Both the position numbers and the translations under genes were made by a program. Below are positions 58,727 to 61,015 of a DNA stretch of 61,015 bases, in pieces. The notes beneath the pieces are model-generated. The model made no database searches, had not been told where the DNA came from, and worked only from the letters and a program-made list of their open reading frames with translations. The stretch covers positions 1 to 61,015 of the forward strand of contig CANQZM010000002.1 in the NCBI GenBank assembly GCA_947628345.1. The letters run 5' to 3'. The stretch comes from an uncultured Bacilli bacterium. Its GTDB lineage: Bacteria > Bacillota_I > Bacilli_A > RF39 > UBA660. Within the stretch, counting starts at the first letter, position 1. Each line of letters opens with the position of its first letter.

Positions 58727-60302
58727 AATTAGACAAATAAAAATTAAGGTAGAAGAAGATTGTACTGAAAAGTTAAAAGAAAAAGTAGCTACTAAATTAA
58801 AAATTAAAAAAAGTGATATTTGTACACTAAAAATAAATAAGAGGTCAATTGATGCTAGAAGAAAAACAGAAATTTATTTTGTTTATGAAGTTGATGTTAG
58901 AGTTATAAACGAAAAAAGTATTTTGAAAAAACAAAATAATAAAGATATATTTTTAACTCCTGATGAAGAGTATTATTTTCCAAAAAGAGGTACTAAATTA
59001 TTAAATACTAGACCAATAATAGTAGGTAGTGGACCAGCAGGACTATTTTGTGCTTACTTTTTAGCTTTATATGGTTATAAACCATTAATTATTGAACGTG
59101 GAGAGCCAATCGAATTAAGAGTTAAAACTGTAGAAAATTTTTTTAAAACAAATCAACTGAATTTAGAATCAAACGTTCAATTTGGAGAAGGTGGGGCTGG
59201 AACTTTCTCAGATGGTAAGTTAAACACTTTAGTTAAAGATAATGGCTTTCGACAGAAAAAATTATTTGAAATTTTAGTTGAAGCTGGTGCACCTAGGGAT
59301 ATTACATATTTAAATAAACCTCATATTGGAACTGATTTATTACGTAAGGTTATTATTAATCTTAGAAATAAAATTATCCAAATGGGTGGTGAATTTTTAT
59401 ATAATAGTTGCTTAACAGATTTTACTATTAAAAATAATCAAGTTGTGGAAATAGAACTTAATAAAAAGCAAAAATTACCATGTGAAATACTAGTATTAGC
59501 AATAGGTAATAGTGCTAGAGATACTTTTGAATTATTACACCATAAAAATATTAAAATTAAAGCTAAACCTTTTGCAGTAGGTTTAAGAATTGAACATCCA
59601 CAAAAATTAATTGATCAAGCCCAGTACGGAGCAAACAAAATATTGAATAGAGCAAGTTATAAATTAGTTTATCAATCTACGGAAAAAAGAGGTGTGTATT
59701 CTTTTTGTATGTGTCCAGGAGGCTACGTTATTAATGCTTCTTCAGAAAAAAATAGATTGGCAGTTAATGGTATGAGTAATTATGACCGAGCTAGTTTGAA
59801 TGCTAATAGTGCTATTGTAGTTACTATTTCGGATAAAGATTTTGGTTCATACCCTCTAGCTGGTATTAATTATCAACGTCAATTAGAAGAACGTGCCTAT
59901 AAACTAGGTCAAGGAAAAATTCCTATTCAATTATATAAAGATTATAAAAATAATAAAATTAGTAACAGTTTTGGTCAAATAAAACCAGTGTTTAAAGGTA
60001 AGTATACCTTTGCTAATTTAAATGAAATATTTCCTGATTATATCAATAAATCCTTAAAAGAAGCAATTGAGTATTTTGCTACTAGGATAGAGGGGTTTAA
60101 TAAAGATGATGTTATTTTAGCTGGTGTTGAAAGTAGAACTTCTAGTCCTATTAGGATAGAAAGAGATGCAAACTTTATGTCTAATATCAGAGGAATTTAT
60201 CCTTGTGGAGAAGGTTCAGGTTATGCAGGTGGAATTACTACATCAGCAATTGATGGAATGAAAATATCAGAAGCAATTGCTAAAATCTATAGTCCTAAAT
60301 AA
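58719..60302 (+). CDS. FAD-dependent protein (COG2509-like NAD(P)/FAD oxidoreductase)
   Basis: IIVGSGPAGLFCA, GGAGTFSDGKL and CGEGSGYAGGITTSAIDG. ATG 58719 overlaps the upstream stop. Confidence 0.75.
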   Translation: MIRIRQIKIKVEEDCTEKLKEKVATKLKIKKSDICTLKINKRSIDARRKTEIYFVYEVDVRVINEKSILKKQNNKDIFLTPDEEYYFPKRGTKLLNTRPIIVGSGPAGLFCAYFLALYGYKPLIIERGEPIELRVKTVENFFKTNQLNLESNVQFGEGGAGTFSDGKLNTLVKDNGFRQKKLFEILVEAGAPRDITYLNKPHIGTDLLRKVIINLRNKIIQMGGEFLYNSCLTDFTIKNNQVVEIELNKKQKLPCEILVLAIGNSARDTFELLHHKNIKIKAKPFAVGLRIEHPQKLIDQAQYGANKILNRASYKLVYQSTEKRGVYSFCMCPGGYVINASSEKNRLAVNGMSNYDRASLNANSAIVVTISDKDFGSYPLAGINYQRQLEERAYKLGQGKIPIQLYKDYKNNKISNSFGQIKPVFKGKYTFANLNEIFPDYINKSLKEAIEYFATRIEGFNKDDVILAGVESRTSSPIRIERDANFMSNIRGIYPCGEGSGYAGGITTSAIDGMKISEAIAKIYSPK

Positions 60303-60367
60303 TATATATTTTTAAGAAAAAATATGATATACTAAACATGTATTAATTTAGAATAGAGGTGTCAAAA

Positions 60368-60934
60368 ATGAGGGATATATTAAAATATAGAAAAAAAGAA
60401 TTAATAATTATTACTATAATATTGTTGTTTGCAATATTTGGTACTAGATATATATATTATAAGTTTGAAGATAAAAGAAACATTGATTATAATACTAAAG
60501 ATTTAGATATTACTTTTCATAGTAGTGATGGAGATTTAGTTAATATATTAAAAGTTACTCCAGTTACTGATTCAGTAGGGGTTTCTTCAAAGGCTTATAA
60601 GTTCACTATTAAAAATAACACTCAAAGTAGTATTCGTTATTCTGTTCATATTAATAATAATATTGATTTAGTTGAAAAAGATGATTGTGGGGAATATCAA
60701 ATACCACCAAATATTATTAAATTTTCTATTCACGAAAATGATGAAAAAAATCAAATTTATACTTTAGCTGATTTAATTGATGGTAAAGTTTTGTCTCGAA
60801 TTATAAAAGCTAATGAAAAAAAAGAGTATACTATGCGTTTTTGGATTAGTAATAATAGTACTGTACCAACTGGTGCTTTCTTACACTATCATGGATTGAT
60901 TGATGTTGTAGATGAGGGTGTAAATATAGCTTAG
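60368..60934 (+). CDS. Hypothetical membrane-anchored protein
   Basis: TM LIIITIILLFAIFG followed by a beta-rich domain. ATG 60368 follows AGAGGTG. Confidence 0.45.
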   Translation: MRDILKYRKKELIIITIILLFAIFGTRYIYYKFEDKRNIDYNTKDLDITFHSSDGDLVNILKVTPVTDSVGVSSKAYKFTIKNNTQSSIRYSVHINNNIDLVEKDDCGEYQIPPNIIKFSIHENDEKNQIYTLADLIDGKVLSRIIKANEKKEYTMRFWISNNSTVPTGAFLHYHGLIDVVDEGVNIA

Positions 60935-61015
60935 GTTATTTGAGTTCCGGTAAAATTTAGAGGAAAAAGAAAAAAATGAATTTGTTTTATCCACAGATTC
61001 ATTTTTTTGTGCAAA

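Noticed and set aside
1-61015. I scanned for rRNA, tRNA, CRISPR arrays and classic defence genes.
   Set aside because: No cloverleaf-like GC-rich islands, no spaced direct-repeat arrays and no recognisable restriction, Cas or abortive-infection motifs were seen. This was a by-eye scan only, so tRNAscan, Infernal or a CRISPR finder should confirm it.

Overview
Very AT-rich, low-GC Bacillota chromosome segment that uses the standard code (TGA is a stop). The short SMC and a ThrRS lacking the TGS domain point to an Erysipelotrichia/Mollicutes-like lineage. Nearly all genes are on the + strand and most are housekeeping: smc, an ABC-F gene with a leader-peptide attenuator, def, comEA-comEC, dnaI, T-box-controlled thrS, a loosened dcw cluster (mraZ-rsmH-ftsL-pbp ... 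mraY ... SEDS), gpmI, a ZIP transporter, murI and two FAD oxidoreductases. I found no rRNA, tRNA or CRISPR array.

Four things stand out:
1. A spoVD-like class B PBP gene is split exactly after its SxN motif by a ~6.0 kb element (about 38906..44903). The element carries a small ORF, a large serine recombinase whose ORF reads across the right junction, and two secreted proteins. This resembles skin/SPbeta-type intervening elements, though simple insertional inactivation is also possible.
2. A LemA-DUF2207 pair is translationally coupled to a radical SAM/SPASM enzyme. The DUF2207 protein ends in a Cys/Ser/Gly tail encoded by three 21-bp tandem repeats, which makes it a candidate protein-tail maturation system.
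3. An uncharacterised ~140-aa repeat module (GMxSG ... YTIKF) is shared by the element-borne 843-aa protein and a chromosomal 1080-aa surface protein.
4. A 22-bp inverted repeat brackets 139 bp just upstream of that surface-protein gene's promoter.

All family assignments come from reading motifs by eye. No database search was run.
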